From an uncultured Eubacteriales bacterium (GTDB taxonomy: Bacteria > Bacillota > Clostridia > Peptostreptococcales > Anaerovoracaceae), in contig CADCRD010000006.1 of NCBI GenBank assembly GCA_902803725.1, forward strand, positions 1-44,352: a stretch of DNA of 44,352 nucleotides. The letters run 5' to 3'. A model generated the notes under the pieces. The model was not told where the DNA came from. It saw nothing but the letters and a program-made list of their open reading frames with translations, and ran no database searches. The stretch's first letter is position 1; each line of letters opens with the position of its first letter. Below are positions 1 through 10,249 of this stretch, piece after piece. The translations under genes were made by a program, and so were the position numbers.

Positions 1-64
1 ATTTATTGAGATATCAGGCGCAAAGAATCTCAGAGAAGCCATCGCAGCCTGTTCAGAATGAATG

Positions 65-1579
65 TCATTGAGGGGGACGCGCGGTATTCAGTTCAAACCA
101 GACAGTTGTTCCTTTTCCAACTTTGCTTTCGACGCCGTATTTTGCACCGTGCATAACAAGTATTTCCTTAACTATAGAAAGCCCGAGTCCTGAGCCTCTT
201 GTGGGCCGGACATGGTTGCTGCTGGTTTTATAATAGCGATCCCAGATGTGGGAAAGTTCTTCCGGTTTGATACCCACTCCGTGATCCACAACTTCGAAAT
301 GAACCTTTTTGCCCCAGCGTCTGATATTGATGAAGACGGTCTTGTCGTGACCGCAGTATTTCACTGCATTGCTGAGAAGGTTGGAAATGACCTGCTTTAT
401 CCTCTCTTCATCACCTTCGACGTAAATATCCTCCCTGCAGTTGAAATGGACAGTATATCCTTCTTTTTCCTCCAGTACGCGGTAAGGTGCAAGAATGGAG
501 TCAACTGCGTCATGAATGTTAAAAGAAATTATATCCATGGATAATGTGCCTGCCTGCATTGCAGACAGTGCCAGCATATCATTTACAAGAGAATTCAGTC
601 TGTCGGATTCTTCTATAATTACATCAAGATGCGCATTCCTTTTTTCCGGAATATCTCCTGAAAGATCGCGTATCATTTCGGCATAGGATTTGATCATGGT
701 AAGAGGCGTTCTCAGGTCATGTGAAACATTGGCCATGAGATCACGCTGCAACATTGAAGACCGCTCCAGCTCATTGCTCATTTTTCCCATTGTCTCTGCA
801 AGTTCTGTAATTTCGGTATATGTGCTGTCAGTCTGAAAATTAACGCCGTATTGTCCTTCTGCCAGTTTGGCTGCTTTGCCTGTGATCTCAGTCAGTGGTT
901 CTGAAATCTTTCTTGTCAGTATCAGACCGATGAGGATTGCCAGGATCAGTGAGACGAGCGCCACATAGCCCAGCTGTCTCTGCATGATGTTGATGATGGA
1001 TTTCTGCGGATATATAGGAGAAAGGATATAAAGCACGGTGAGTGAATCTTCAGGGGCCTGACTGGCAGATATGTTTTTATCAGCCTTTGAATCAGTTGTT
1101 CCCTGATTTTCCGTTTTATCTTTTGGCGTTACTGCCTTACCGCTATTTTTGTCAAGAACTTCGGCATAATAAAAGGTTCGCCTTTCAGTGCTGGCATTTT
1201 TGATAAAACCTTCTATTGCGGTGGTATCTGTGTTCCTGTTTCTGAAATTATTTTCTGTTTCACTCAGCTCATAGGCATATGAGGAATCATCTTTTGCAGG
1301 ATATCTTCTTTCTCCGTTTCGTGTGATTACTATGAACATATCATCTGCGGCAGCCGCGGATCTTGCTTCTTTGACCGCCTCATCCAGACCTTTGCTCGTA
1401 TAGACAGAGGCGATCTGTGCGGCAGTATTCTCCGTGTTGTCAGTTTTCAGTTCTTCGTAATTTGTATCTATAAACCATATTTGCAAAGTCACAACTAAAA
1501 CTATGATCACCAGCGTAAAAATCAGAAGATGGATGATCGTTTTGAACCGTATGCCTTTAGTATCGAAATTGAACTTCAT
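65..1579 (-). CDS. Sensor histidine kinase (membrane-bound, HAMP/HisKA/HATPase_c)
   Basis: 504-aa ORF with ATG start. N-terminal TM segment, about 170-aa extracytoplasmic region, then a second TM segment. H-box SHDLRTPLT, N-box LLSNAVKY, G-boxes DHGVGI and GSGLGLSIV. GAGGAG SD upstream. Lies 21 nt downstream of the response-regulator gene. Confidence 0.9.
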   Translation of the reverse strand: MKFNFDTKGIRFKTIIHLLIFTLVIIVLVVTLQIWFIDTNYEELKTDNTENTAAQIASVYTSKGLDEAVKEARSAAAADDMFIVITRNGERRYPAKDDSSYAYELSETENNFRNRNTDTTAIEGFIKNASTERRTFYYAEVLDKNSGKAVTPKDKTENQGTTDSKADKNISASQAPEDSLTVLYILSPIYPQKSIINIMQRQLGYVALVSLILAILIGLILTRKISEPLTEITGKAAKLAEGQYGVNFQTDSTYTEITELAETMGKMSNELERSSMLQRDLMANVSHDLRTPLTMIKSYAEMIRDLSGDIPEKRNAHLDVIIEESDRLNSLVNDMLALSAMQAGTLSMDIISFNIHDAVDSILAPYRVLEEKEGYTVHFNCREDIYVEGDEERIKQVISNLLSNAVKYCGHDKTVFINIRRWGKKVHFEVVDHGVGIKPEELSHIWDRYYKTSSNHVRPTRGSGLGLSIVKEILVMHGAKYGVESKVGKGTTVWFELNTARPPQ

Positions 1580-1600
1580 TTAGCTATAGAGCTCCTCAAG

Positions 1601-2275
1601 CTATACCTCGAATTTGTATCCGACTCCTCTGAGCGTAACTATGTAATCTCTGTAAGGACCGAGATTGTTTCTCAGATTCTTTATGTGTGTGTCTATGGTT
1701 CTGTCATCACCGAAAAAATCATACCCCCATATATCTGACAGGAGTTTATCTCTGGAAAGAGCAATGTTCTTGTTTTCGACCAGGAAGAAGAGCAGATCAT
1801 ATTCTTTGGGAGTCAGTTCTATCTTTTCGCCATCTACAGTTACTGATCTTCCGGGGATATCTATCACAAGTCCGCCGAATTCCATCACTTTGTTTGTCTC
1901 GGATGATGCAGGCGCGCTGTGTCTCGCAAGAACAGCGTTTATGCGTGCCATCAGTTCCTTTGGGCTGAAAGGCTTGACCATATAGTCATCTATTCCGAGT
2001 TCAAAGCCGAACAGTTTGTCGTATTCTTCGCCTCTTGCCGACAGCATTATCACCGGAATATCCTTGATTTTTTTTATTTCTTTGCAGGCCGAGAATCCGT
2101 CGAGCTTTGGCATCATTACATCCATTATGATTATGTCGTAGTCGTTCAGCTTCACAAGTCCCACCGCGCTCATTCCGTCTTCAGCCTCTGTGACTTCAAA
2201 ACCGTTGAACTCCGAGTACTCTCTTATTACTTCTCTGATTTTGGCCTCGTCATCAACAACAAGTAATCTGTTCAT
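1601..2275 (-). CDS. OmpR/PhoB-family response regulator
   Basis: 224 aa. Receiver domain with VVDDE, IIIMDVMMP and VKPF. Winged-helix C-terminus with LTPKEYDLLFFL and TLRGVGYKF. GGAGG SD directly upstream. Confidence 0.93.
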   Translation of the reverse strand: MNRLLVVDDEAKIREVIREYSEFNGFEVTEAEDGMSAVGLVKLNDYDIIIMDVMMPKLDGFSACKEIKKIKDIPVIMLSARGEEYDKLFGFELGIDDYMVKPFSPKELMARINAVLARHSAPASSETNKVMEFGGLVIDIPGRSVTVDGEKIELTPKEYDLLFFLVENKNIALSRDKLLSDIWGYDFFGDDRTIDTHIKNLRNNLGPYRDYIVTLRGVGYKFEV

Positions 2276-2408
2276 ATCATTCCTCCGTATTCCACATACG
2301 CCGTTTTCCGGCAGTATTTTATTTCATATAAAACGTGAGTCTATTCTACCACAAAACATGATGTTTTCCAGTGAAAAAATGCCTGCAGTCTATAGATGTA
2401 TGTTTTTG

Positions 2409-2437
2409 TTGAAACCATAAATGAAAAATGTTATAAT
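2409..2437 (+). promoter_or_regulatory. Sigma-70-type promoter for the CYTH gene (TTGAAA-17nt-TATAAT with TGn extension)
   Basis: TTGAAA at 2409-2414, 17-nt spacer ending in TGT, TATAAT at 2432-2437. It overlaps the upstream ATG at 2421, which argues against that start. Confidence 0.5.
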
Positions 2438-2471
2438 TTCTGCGCTATGTTCAAAATGTGAAAGGAATCTT

Positions 2472-3101
2472 ATGGAAGTAGAACTTAAGTATACCATCCC
2501 GGATGAAAAGACGGCCGAATGGTTATGGTCGGATGAAGAACTGGGAGCTATGGCTGAGGAAGGATCCTGGTCGGTTGACCGCTTTCGCGGTCTTTACTAC
2601 GACACAGAAGATCACATGCTGACAAAGAACGATATTGCATTCAGGATCAGAAGCGAAGGTGACAGAACCGTTGCCACACTTAAATGGCACGGGTCAGCCG
2701 AAGGAGCTCTTCACAAGAGAGAAGAACTGAATATTACTGTGGAGGGAGATGTTCCCGGGAAAGCAGATCCTGCTATTTTTTCTGAGAGCAAAATGGGCAG
2801 GAAGGTCATCGGGCTGACAAAAGGCAGCGAACTGATCCCGCTGATCGAAGTTGATGTTTTAAGAAAGCGTGTACGGGTAGATACAGATAAGAGTCTTCTT
2901 GAGATATCCATAGATCTGGGTAAGATCCATACAAAAAACGGCGATTTGGACATCAGTGAACTGGAAATTGAATTATTTCAGGGCGATGAACAGGATTTGA
3001 TCGGACTGGGCGGCCGGCTGGCTGAAAAGTATGGCCTTTCGGTTGAACAAAAGAGCAAATTTGCCAGAGGTCTTGAAAAGCTGGGCCTGGACAACGGATG
3101 A
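2472..3101 (+). CDS. CYTH-domain protein (triphosphate tunnel metalloenzyme family)
   Basis: N-terminal MEVELKY (ExExK signature). AAAGGA SD 6 nt upstream of ATG 2472. The longer ORF from 2421 would begin inside the predicted promoter. Confidence 0.8.
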   Translation: MEVELKYTIPDEKTAEWLWSDEELGAMAEEGSWSVDRFRGLYYDTEDHMLTKNDIAFRIRSEGDRTVATLKWHGSAEGALHKREELNITVEGDVPGKADPAIFSESKMGRKVIGLTKGSELIPLIEVDVLRKRVRVDTDKSLLEISIDLGKIHTKNGDLDISELEIELFQGDEQDLIGLGGRLAEKYGLSVEQKSKFARGLEKLGLDNG

Positions 3102-3176
3102 ACAGCATGTTTTACCGACAGACAGCAAAGAGCCCAAAAAGGAGATAATAATTAAACAGGAGGAATAAACAAACAA

Positions 3177-4505
3177 ATGAAAGCAGCTATTATTTCAAAG
3201 GAAAACGGAGAAGCTAAATTTTCAATGGATTTCACTGCAGAGGAACTGGACAGCGCAGTTGTAAAGGTCTACCAGCGTACGAAGGACAGTTTTTCAGTCG
3301 ATGGATTCAGAAAGGGTAAAGCCCCCAGAAGCATAATCGAAAAGCGCTATGGAGAGAATGTATTCGTTGACGATGCAGTGAATGATTTGTTCAATGCAGA
3401 ATACTTTAAGGCAGTCCAGGAACTGGAACTGGCCGTGATCGATGCACCCCGCATTGAATTCTCGGACATCAAAAAAGGTGAAGCTTTCACAGCTACAGTA
3501 ACAGTTGCAACATATCCGGAAATAAAAGTTGAAAATTATAAAGGCGTTGAAATAGAAAGAGTCAGTGCAGAAGTAACAGATGAAGATATCGAAAAAGAAC
3601 TGGAGACTATGCAGAAACGCAGTGCACGCATGATAACTGTTGACAGAGAAGCAAAAGACGGCGATACAGTAGTGATCGACTATAAGGGATTTGTCGGTGA
3701 AGAGCAGTTTGAGGGCGGCACAGCAGAAGCTTACAGTCTGAAGCTCGGCTCAGGCAGCTTCATTCCGGGATTTGAAGATCAGCTGATCGGAACGAAAAAA
3801 GATGACGAAAAAGATGTAGTCGTAACATTCCCGGAAGAATATCATTCCGCTGATCTTGCAGGAAAAGAAGCAGTATTCAAGTGCAAAGTGCATGAAGTCA
3901 AAGAAGAAGAGATGCCTGAGATCGATGATGAATTCGCAAAGGATACAAGCGAATATGATACTCTTGATGAACTTAAGGAAAGTATCCGTGAGGACGTTAA
4001 GAAGAGAAAAGAATCGCAGGCTGAAAACAAGATGAAGGACAGCGTGATCGAAAAAATCTACGAAGCAAATGACGTGAATGTTCCTGATGTCATGGTTGAT
4101 GATGAAGTTGATGCAATGGTGAGAGAAAGTGAACAGCAGCTTTCCATGAGCGGTCTGCAGCTGGAGCAGTATCTGAAGATGGTAGGTCAGGACATGGCCG
4201 GATTCCGGAAAGATATCAGAGAAGAAGCATTCCGCAGAGTAAAATCAAGAATGCTGATCTCAGCAGTCGTTGAGGCTGAGGATATCCAGGCTACTGAAGA
4301 GCAGATTAATGAGCAGATCGACCTGATGGCTATCCAGTATCAGATGGAAGCTGACAAAGTGCGTGAAATGCTCGGCGAACAGAATATGAGATATCTGGAA
4401 AGTGATGTAAAGATGAGAAACGCTATCCAGTTCCTGTATGACAACGCCGTCATTACAGAGCCTGCTGAAGAAGCTGAAGAAAAATCCGAAGAAGCGGCTG
4501 AATAA
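3177..4505 (+). CDS. tig: Trigger factor
   Basis: 442 aa. Ribosome-binding motif GFRKGKAP near the N-terminus, central FKBP-type PPIase region, acidic C-terminus. AGGAGGA SD. Conserved position upstream of clpP-clpX. Confidence 0.95.
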   Translation: MKAAIISKENGEAKFSMDFTAEELDSAVVKVYQRTKDSFSVDGFRKGKAPRSIIEKRYGENVFVDDAVNDLFNAEYFKAVQELELAVIDAPRIEFSDIKKGEAFTATVTVATYPEIKVENYKGVEIERVSAEVTDEDIEKELETMQKRSARMITVDREAKDGDTVVIDYKGFVGEEQFEGGTAEAYSLKLGSGSFIPGFEDQLIGTKKDDEKDVVVTFPEEYHSADLAGKEAVFKCKVHEVKEEEMPEIDDEFAKDTSEYDTLDELKESIREDVKKRKESQAENKMKDSVIEKIYEANDVNVPDVMVDDEVDAMVRESEQQLSMSGLQLEQYLKMVGQDMAGFRKDIREEAFRRVKSRMLISAVVEAEDIQATEEQINEQIDLMAIQYQMEADKVREMLGEQNMRYLESDVKMRNAIQFLYDNAVITEPAEEAEEKSEEAAE

Positions 4506-4557
4506 TCAGGCTTTGGACAGATTTTTCGAACATTGCAATATATCAAAGGAGAGAATA

Positions 4558-5142
4558 ATGTCGCTGATACCTTATGTAATAGAACAGACAGGGCGTGGCG
4601 AGCGTTCATATGATATTTACTCTCGCATGCTCAAAGACAGGATCATCTTTATAGATGAAGAAATAACAGATCAGCTTGCCAGTGTGGTAGTTGCACAGAT
4701 CTTGTTCCTTGAGGCAGAAGACAGCGAAAAAGATATTTGCATATACATCAACAGTCCCGGTGGTTCAGTGACCGCCGGACTGGCTATTTATGACACTATT
4801 AAGTATGTAAAACCCGAAGTGTCGACAATATGCATAGGTCTCGCTGCCAGCATGGGAGCATTCCTCCTCGCAGCAGGTACAAAAGGAAAGAGATTTGCAC
4901 TTCCCAATGCTGAGATCATGATCCATCAGCCTCTGGGCGGAACTTCAGGTCAGGCTGAGGATATCAGGATACAGGCAGAACACATCCTGAGGATGAGAAG
5001 CAATCTGAATCGCATACTAAGTGAGAATACAGGACAGTCAATTGAAAAGATCGAGCAGGATGTAGACAGAGATAATTTCATGACAGCCGATGAGGCCGCC
5101 GAATATGGCCTTATAGATAAGGTTCTTGAATCGAGAGAATAA
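4558..5142 (+). CDS. clpP: ATP-dependent Clp protease proteolytic subunit
   Basis: 194 aa from ATG 4558, preceded by AAGGAGAG SD. Catalytic motifs GLAASMGAF (Ser) and IMIHQP (His). N-terminus [23 protein letters not shown]-like. The 4438 start would overlap tig and lacks an SD. Confidence 0.95.
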   Translation: MSLIPYVIEQTGRGERSYDIYSRMLKDRIIFIDEEITDQLASVVVAQILFLEAEDSEKDICIYINSPGGSVTAGLAIYDTIKYVKPEVSTICIGLAASMGAFLLAAGTKGKRFALPNAEIMIHQPLGGTSGQAEDIRIQAEHILRMRSNLNRILSENTGQSIEKIEQDVDRDNFMTADEAAEYGLIDKVLESRE

Positions 5143-5186
5143 TAAGAGAAATGGAAAGGAGCGTATGATCAGCCATTTGGCAGATC

Positions 5187-6473
5187 ATGCATAAAAGAAT
5201 GGCAAACATAGAAGATAATGAAATCAGATGTTCGTTCTGTGGAAAGCCTCAGAGTCAGGTGGAAAGACTGATCGCAGGGCCTGATGTGTATATATGCAAC
5301 GGCTGTGTGGATCTTTGCCGTGACATAATCGCAGAAGGCATGAATGTTCAGGATGCGGTGTTTGAAGAGGATCAGAGTCTTCCAAAGCCGAAAGAGATCG
5401 CAGAGCTTCTTTCGCAGTATGTCATTGGCCAGAATGATGCAAAAAAGGCTCTGGCCGTTGCCGTCTACAATCACTATAAGAGGATCGGCCGGATGGGAAT
5501 GGTTGATGAAGATGTCGAACTGCAAAAGAGCAATATCGTAATGATCGGGCCTACCGGTTCAGGAAAGACACTGCTGGCTCAGACACTAGCCAGGATCCTG
5601 AATGTTCCGTTTGCGATAGCTGATGCCACGACTCTTACTGAAGCGGGTTATGTCGGGGAAGATGTGGAAAACATCCTTCTCAAGCTCATTCAGGCTGCGG
5701 ATTATGATATTGAACGCGCCCAGAAGGGTATTATATATGTTGATGAGATCGATAAGATATCACGCCGCAGTGAAAACCCGTCGATAACCCGAGATGTCAG
5801 CGGAGAAGGGGTCCAGCAGGCATTGCTGAAGATACTTGAGGGTACTGTTGCAAATGTTCCGCCTCAGGGAGGACGCAAGCACCCGCAGCAGGAATTCATA
5901 CAGTTCGACACAAAAGATGTGATGTTCATCTGCGGCGGAGCCTTCGACGGGCTTGACAAGATCATTGAAAAGCGCATCGGCGAAACGGTCATAGGTTTTA
6001 ATGCCAGTGTTGAAAAATCGAATATCGAAAAGGAAGAACTGCTGAAGCTGGTGCAGTCAGAAGACCTGATGAAATTCGGACTGATCCCGGAACTGATCGG
6101 AAGACTTCCGGCTATCGTAACTTTAGAGGCGCTTGATGAAGAGGCGTTGGTGAAGATACTCACTGAGCCAAAGAATGCGCTGGTCAAACAGTATAAAGCA
6201 CTTTTTGATTTTGACGACGTTGACCTGGAAATACAGCAGGAAGCGATCAAAGCCGTAGCCCGCAAGGCGATGGAAAAAAAGACAGGAGCGAGAGGCCTCA
6301 GAACAATAATGGAAAATGCCATGCGTGACGTTATGTTTGAAATACCGTCGCGTGATGATATAAAGAAATGCATCATAACAAAGGAATGCATAGAAGATAA
6401 TGTGAATCCGGAGGTTGTGCTCCGGGAAGAAAAAGATCTTGAGCAGGCAGAAGCGCACAGCGAGCCGGCATGA
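5187..6473 (+). CDS. clpX: ATP-dependent Clp protease ATP-binding subunit ClpX
   Basis: C4 zinc-binding N-domain (CSFCGK...CNGC), Walker A GPTGSGKT, Walker [13 protein letters not shown] loop (VIGFNA). The start is ambiguous between ATG 5187 and ATG 5199. Confidence 0.95.
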   Translation: MHKRMANIEDNEIRCSFCGKPQSQVERLIAGPDVYICNGCVDLCRDIIAEGMNVQDAVFEEDQSLPKPKEIAELLSQYVIGQNDAKKALAVAVYNHYKRIGRMGMVDEDVELQKSNIVMIGPTGSGKTLLAQTLARILNVPFAIADATTLTEAGYVGEDVENILLKLIQAADYDIERAQKGIIYVDEIDKISRRSENPSITRDVSGEGVQQALLKILEGTVANVPPQGGRKHPQQEFIQFDTKDVMFICGGAFDGLDKIIEKRIGETVIGFNASVEKSNIEKEELLKLVQSEDLMKFGLIPELIGRLPAIVTLEALDEEALVKILTEPKNALVKQYKALFDFDDVDLEIQQEAIKAVARKAMEKKTGARGLRTIMENAMRDVMFEIPSRDDIKKCIITKECIEDNVNPEVVLREEKDLEQAEAHSEPA

Positions 6474-6486
6474 GAGGAGAAAGCAA

Positions 6487-8844
6487 ATGTCAGACAGGAT
6501 AAAACCGTTATCAGATGAAATACCGAGAGATGAAGACGGCAGACTGGTATTGCCGCTTATTCCTCTGAGAGGACTGACCATATTCCCGAATATGGTTCTT
6601 CATTTTGATATAGGAAGAGAAAAATCAATAAACGCACTTGAAAAAGCGATGATCAATGATCAGTATATCTTTTTGGTGACTCAGAAGGATGAAACGACTG
6701 ATCTGCCAACGAGAGAAGATTTTTATGAGATCGGAACGATCGCAAGGATAAAACAGATGCTGAGATTGCCGGGAGATTCGATAAGAGTCCTGGTCGAAGG
6801 CATAACACGAGGCAGAATAGACAAGATGATCATCGAGGTGCCGTATTTTAAGTGCACCGTTGAACAGATAGACGATAATGAACCGGTCAGAAACACAGCC
6901 AGGTCCGAGGCTCTGAAGCGCTCAGTGCTGGCTGCGTTCGATGAATATCTGACGCTGAATCAGAAGATGTCCCCGGAAACATATGCATCGGTGGCAACGA
7001 TAAACGAAACGGGCAGATTTGCGGATGTTGTTGCTTCTCACCTTGATGTGAAACCCGAGGAGAAGCAGAAAATCCTTGAATGCCTCGATATCAATGAACG
7101 CCTTGATGCTCTTTATGATCTGCTGACACGTGAGATACAGATCCTGAATATCGAGAATGATATCAGCAGCAAGGTCAAGACACAGATCAACAGGAATCAG
7201 AAAGAATACTATCTTCGCGAGCAGATGAGAGCCATCCAGGAGGAGCTGGGCGGCGAGGAAGAAGGCGAAGACGAGATCCAGCAGTGGAGAGATCAGCTTG
7301 CCGCACTGGATCTTCCGGAAAAGACAGCTGAAAAGATAGAAAAAGAGATAAAGAGATTTTCATATATGCAGCCTTCTTCTGCAGAAGGAACTGTCATCAG
7401 GACATACATCGAGACCATACTCTCACTGCCATGGAATAAAGAGAGCAAAACGGAGATAGATCTCAAAAAGGCAGAAGAGATCCTCGATGAAGATCATTAC
7501 GGCCTTCAGAAGGTAAAGGAAAGAGTCCTTGAGTATCTGGCAGTTGTTCAGCTGTCACAGAGCATGAAGGGCCCCATACTTTGTCTGGTGGGCCCTCCGG
7601 GAACAGGCAAGACTTCGATAGTAAGATCCATAGCCCGCTCAATAAACCGCGAATATGTGCGTATGTCGCTGGGCGGCGTCCGTGATGAAGCAGAGATCAG
7701 AGGGCACAGGAGGACATATATAGGAGCGATCCCCGGACGTATCATCAACTGCATCAAAGAAGCAGGTACGAAAAATCCCGTATTCCTCTTTGATGAGGTG
7801 GATAAGATCGGAGCAGATTTCAGAGGAGATCCTGCCAGTGCACTGCTGGAGGTACTGGATCCGGAGCAGAACAAGGAGTTCACGGATCATTATCTGGAAA
7901 CACCGTTCGATCTTTCGAATGTAATGTTCATAACCACAGCAAACACAACATCGACGATACCGCGTCCGCTGCTGGACCGTATGGAAGTTATCGAGGTGGA
8001 GGGCTATACTGAAGAGGACAAGCTTCAGATCGCGAAGAAATATCTTGTGCCGAAGATGATCGAAGCCAGCGGTCTGAAAAAGAAGCAGATAAGAATAAGC
8101 GACCGGGCCATCAGATCACTCATCAACTATTACACGAGAGAATCAGGTGTACGTAATCTTGAAAGAGAGATAGCCAATCTCTGCAGGAAGGTAGCCAGAA
8201 AGATCGTAACGGAGGGTGACGGAACATATTCGGTAAAACCTGACAACATTGAGGAATATCTGGGCAAAAAACGATTCCGTTTCGATAAGATAAAAGGTAA
8301 AAAAGAAATTGGTGTTACGACTGGTCTGGCATGGACTATCGTTGGCGGCGAAACTCTGTTCATTGAAACAACAGCTGTTCCGGGAACCGGAAAGCTGCAG
8401 CTGACAGGACAGATGGGAGACGTGATGCAGGAGTCTGCAAGGACGGGTATCAGCTATATCAGATCCATCGCTGACAAACTGGGCATCGATGAAAACTTCT
8501 ATAAAGAAAAGGATATCCATATCCATATCCCGGAAGGCGCTGTTCCAAAGGACGGCCCGTCTGCAGGTGTGACTATGTGCGTTGCAATGATATCTACTCT
8601 GACCGGACGTCCGGCCCGCAAAGATATCGCTATGACAGGTGAGATCACACTCCGCGGGAATATAATGCCTGTAGGAGGTATTCGCGAAAAGGTGCTTGCA
8701 GCTCACAGAGCAGGCATTAAGAAGGTCCTCATCCCCAAAGAATGCGAAAAGGATCTGGATGAGATACCGGAAAAAGTCAGAGAGCAGATGGATTTTGTGC
8801 TGCTGACACATGTGAGGGAAGCAGTGAAAGAAGTGCTTGAATAG
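6487..8844 (+). CDS. lon: Lon protease (LonA type)
   Basis: 785 aa from ATG 6487, preceded by GAGAGGAGA SD. LON N-domain, Walker A GPPGTGKTS, Walker B FLFDEVDK, protease Ser in PKDGPSAG and Lys in GGIREKVLAA. Confidence 0.95.
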   Translation: MSDRIKPLSDEIPRDEDGRLVLPLIPLRGLTIFPNMVLHFDIGREKSINALEKAMINDQYIFLVTQKDETTDLPTREDFYEIGTIARIKQMLRLPGDSIRVLVEGITRGRIDKMIIEVPYFKCTVEQIDDNEPVRNTARSEALKRSVLAAFDEYLTLNQKMSPETYASVATINETGRFADVVASHLDVKPEEKQKILECLDINERLDALYDLLTREIQILNIENDISSKVKTQINRNQKEYYLREQMRAIQEELGGEEEGEDEIQQWRDQLAALDLPEKTAEKIEKEIKRFSYMQPSSAEGTVIRTYIETILSLPWNKESKTEIDLKKAEEILDEDHYGLQKVKERVLEYLAVVQLSQSMKGPILCLVGPPGTGKTSIVRSIARSINREYVRMSLGGVRDEAEIRGHRRTYIGAIPGRIINCIKEAGTKNPVFLFDEVDKIGADFRGDPASALLEVLDPEQNKEFTDHYLETPFDLSNVMFITTANTTSTIPRPLLDRMEVIEVEGYTEEDKLQIAKKYLVPKMIEASGLKKKQIRISDRAIRSLINYYTRESGVRNLEREIANLCRKVARKIVTEGDGTYSVKPDNIEEYLGKKRFRFDKIKGKKEIGVTTGLAWTIVGGETLFIETTAVPGTGKLQLTGQMGDVMQESARTGISYIRSIADKLGIDENFYKEKDIHIHIPEGAVPKDGPSAGVTMCVAMISTLTGRPARKDIAMTGEITLRGNIMPVGGIREKVLAAHRAGIKKVLIPKECEKDLDEIPEKVREQMDFVLLTHVREAVKEVLE

Positions 8845-8889
8845 GTTTTTTTCAAAGATCCTGCATGTGCATATATAAAGGAATGTTAA

Positions 8890-9489
8890 ATGAGAATAAA
8901 AAAAGCTGAAATAGTTGCGGTAACTGCAAGGCAGGATCAATATCCGCCGGATAATATGCCTGAAGTTGCATTTGCCGGCAGATCGAATGTCGGCAAATCT
9001 TCACTTCTGAATTTTCTGACGGGAAGGAAAAAACTGGCGAAGACCAGCGGCACACCGGGAAAGACGAGGACGATCAACTTTTATGAAATAAATGATGAAT
9101 TTCGCATCGTAGACCTGCCGGGTTACGGTTATGCGAAGGTTTCTAAGTCTGAGTCTGAAAAATGGGGGGCCATGATGGACGAATATCTCAGGACGAGAGA
9201 AGGCCTCCTTCGGGTCATTCAGCTGGTTGACATCAGGCACGAACCAACTGCTCAGGACAAGCAGATGTATGAGTATCTTCAGTACTATGGTCTGTCCGGC
9301 ACGGTAGTTGCGACCAAGGCTGACAAGATCTCACGCAATCATATACAAAAGAACCTGAAGGTGATCAGAAAATGCCTGAATATGGATCCGTCGGATATGA
9401 TCATCCCTGTTTCGGCATTAGACAAAACGGGAGACGGGGATCTTCTGGAAGAAATCGACAGAATTATTACAGGCCAGTATTTAACATAA
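8890..9489 (+). CDS. engB: Ribosome-biogenesis GTPase EngB/YsxC/YihA
   Basis: 199 aa. G1 GRSNVGKSS, G3 DLPGYG, G4 TKADK. Conserved position directly after lon. Confidence 0.9.
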   Translation: MRIKKAEIVAVTARQDQYPPDNMPEVAFAGRSNVGKSSLLNFLTGRKKLAKTSGTPGKTRTINFYEINDEFRIVDLPGYGYAKVSKSESEKWGAMMDEYLRTREGLLRVIQLVDIRHEPTAQDKQMYEYLQYYGLSGTVVATKADKISRNHIQKNLKVIRKCLNMDPSDMIIPVSALDKTGDGDLLEEIDRIITGQYLT

Positions 9490-9577
9490 TTCTCAGCAGC
9501 GCGGGGAAAGAGTGCGGCCAGGCAGCTTAACAGAAATTGACGTATAACTAAAATAATGATTACAGGAGGAATGCCGC

Positions 9578-10141
9578 GTGAGCAGAATAGATCAGATCGG
9601 CGAAGTACTGATATCAGAGGAAGAAATAATAAAACGTGCAAAGGAACTTGGTGAAAAAATAACCATGGATCATGAGAATGATGACGTGATCCTTGTGGGT
9701 ATTCTGCGTGGAGCTGTGATGTGGATGACGGAGCTTATGAAACATATTAAGCTGGATCTGACCATAGACTTCATGGTCTGCAGCAGCTACGGTTCTTCGA
9801 CGAAAACATCAGGTGTAGTAAAGATAGACAAAGATCTTAATTCTGACATTCATGGAAAGAGCGTTATCATAGTCGAAGATATTGTCGATTCAGGTGTTAC
9901 ACTGAGTTATCTTAAATCATATCTTGCCGGGCGCCATCCAAAAAGCGTTGAGATATGTTCGCTGCTGGATAAACCATCCGGAAGACGCGCGGATATTGAA
10001 CCTGATTATTACGGATTTACTGTTGATGACAGGTTTATAGTCGGATATGGGCTGGATTACGATCAAAGATTTCGCCAGCTGCCTTATATCAGCTATCTCA
10101 AACAGAACGATGCCGGCAGCAGACTGCCGGAAGAAGAATAG
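9578..10141 (+). CDS. hpt: Hypoxanthine phosphoribosyltransferase
   Basis: 187 aa. GTG start at 9578 with ACAGGAGGA SD. PRPP-binding loop VIIVEDIVDSGVTL. GYGLDY motif. Confidence 0.9.
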   Translation: MSRIDQIGEVLISEEEIIKRAKELGEKITMDHENDDVILVGILRGAVMWMTELMKHIKLDLTIDFMVCSSYGSSTKTSGVVKIDKDLNSDIHGKSVIIVEDIVDSGVTLSYLKSYLAGRHPKSVEICSLLDKPSGRRADIEPDYYGFTVDDRFIVGYGLDYDQRFRQLPYISYLKQNDAGSRLPEEE

Positions 10142-10176
10142 AAAACTGAACTGTTTGTGTTTTTTCGCCCAATGTT

Positions 10177-10205
10177 TTGACAGCGGCCCTGCCGGGTGTT
10201 ATAAG
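10177..10205 (+). promoter_or_regulatory. Sigma-70-type promoter (TTGACA-17nt-TATAAG, TGn extended -10)
   Basis: TTGACA at 10177-10182, 17-nt spacer ending in TGT, TATAAG at 10200-10205. Directly upstream of the orphan secreted-protein gene. Confidence 0.5.
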
Positions 10206-10249
10206 AAAGTATGATAGATACAGGGAAGCTTTGTAAAAGGGGGATAACA

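Noticed and set aside
2421-2471. Upstream ATG (2421) extending the CYTH ORF by 17 codons.
   Set aside because: The ATG sits inside the predicted promoter spacer (2409-2437). The ATG at 2472 has an SD and begins with the family-typical MEVELKY.
8143-8940. 265-aa ORF antisense to lon. Similar long antisense ORFs: 13977-14705 (antisense to mreB), 33483-34250 (accD), 32426-33100 (accC), 11090-11686 (orphan gene) and 35114-35728 (fabH).
   Set aside because: All lie entirely within, and opposite to, genes with unambiguous conserved motifs. Their translations are low-complexity, Cys/Ser/Arg/Phe-rich and motif-free, and they lack SD sequences. These are typical shadow ORFs.
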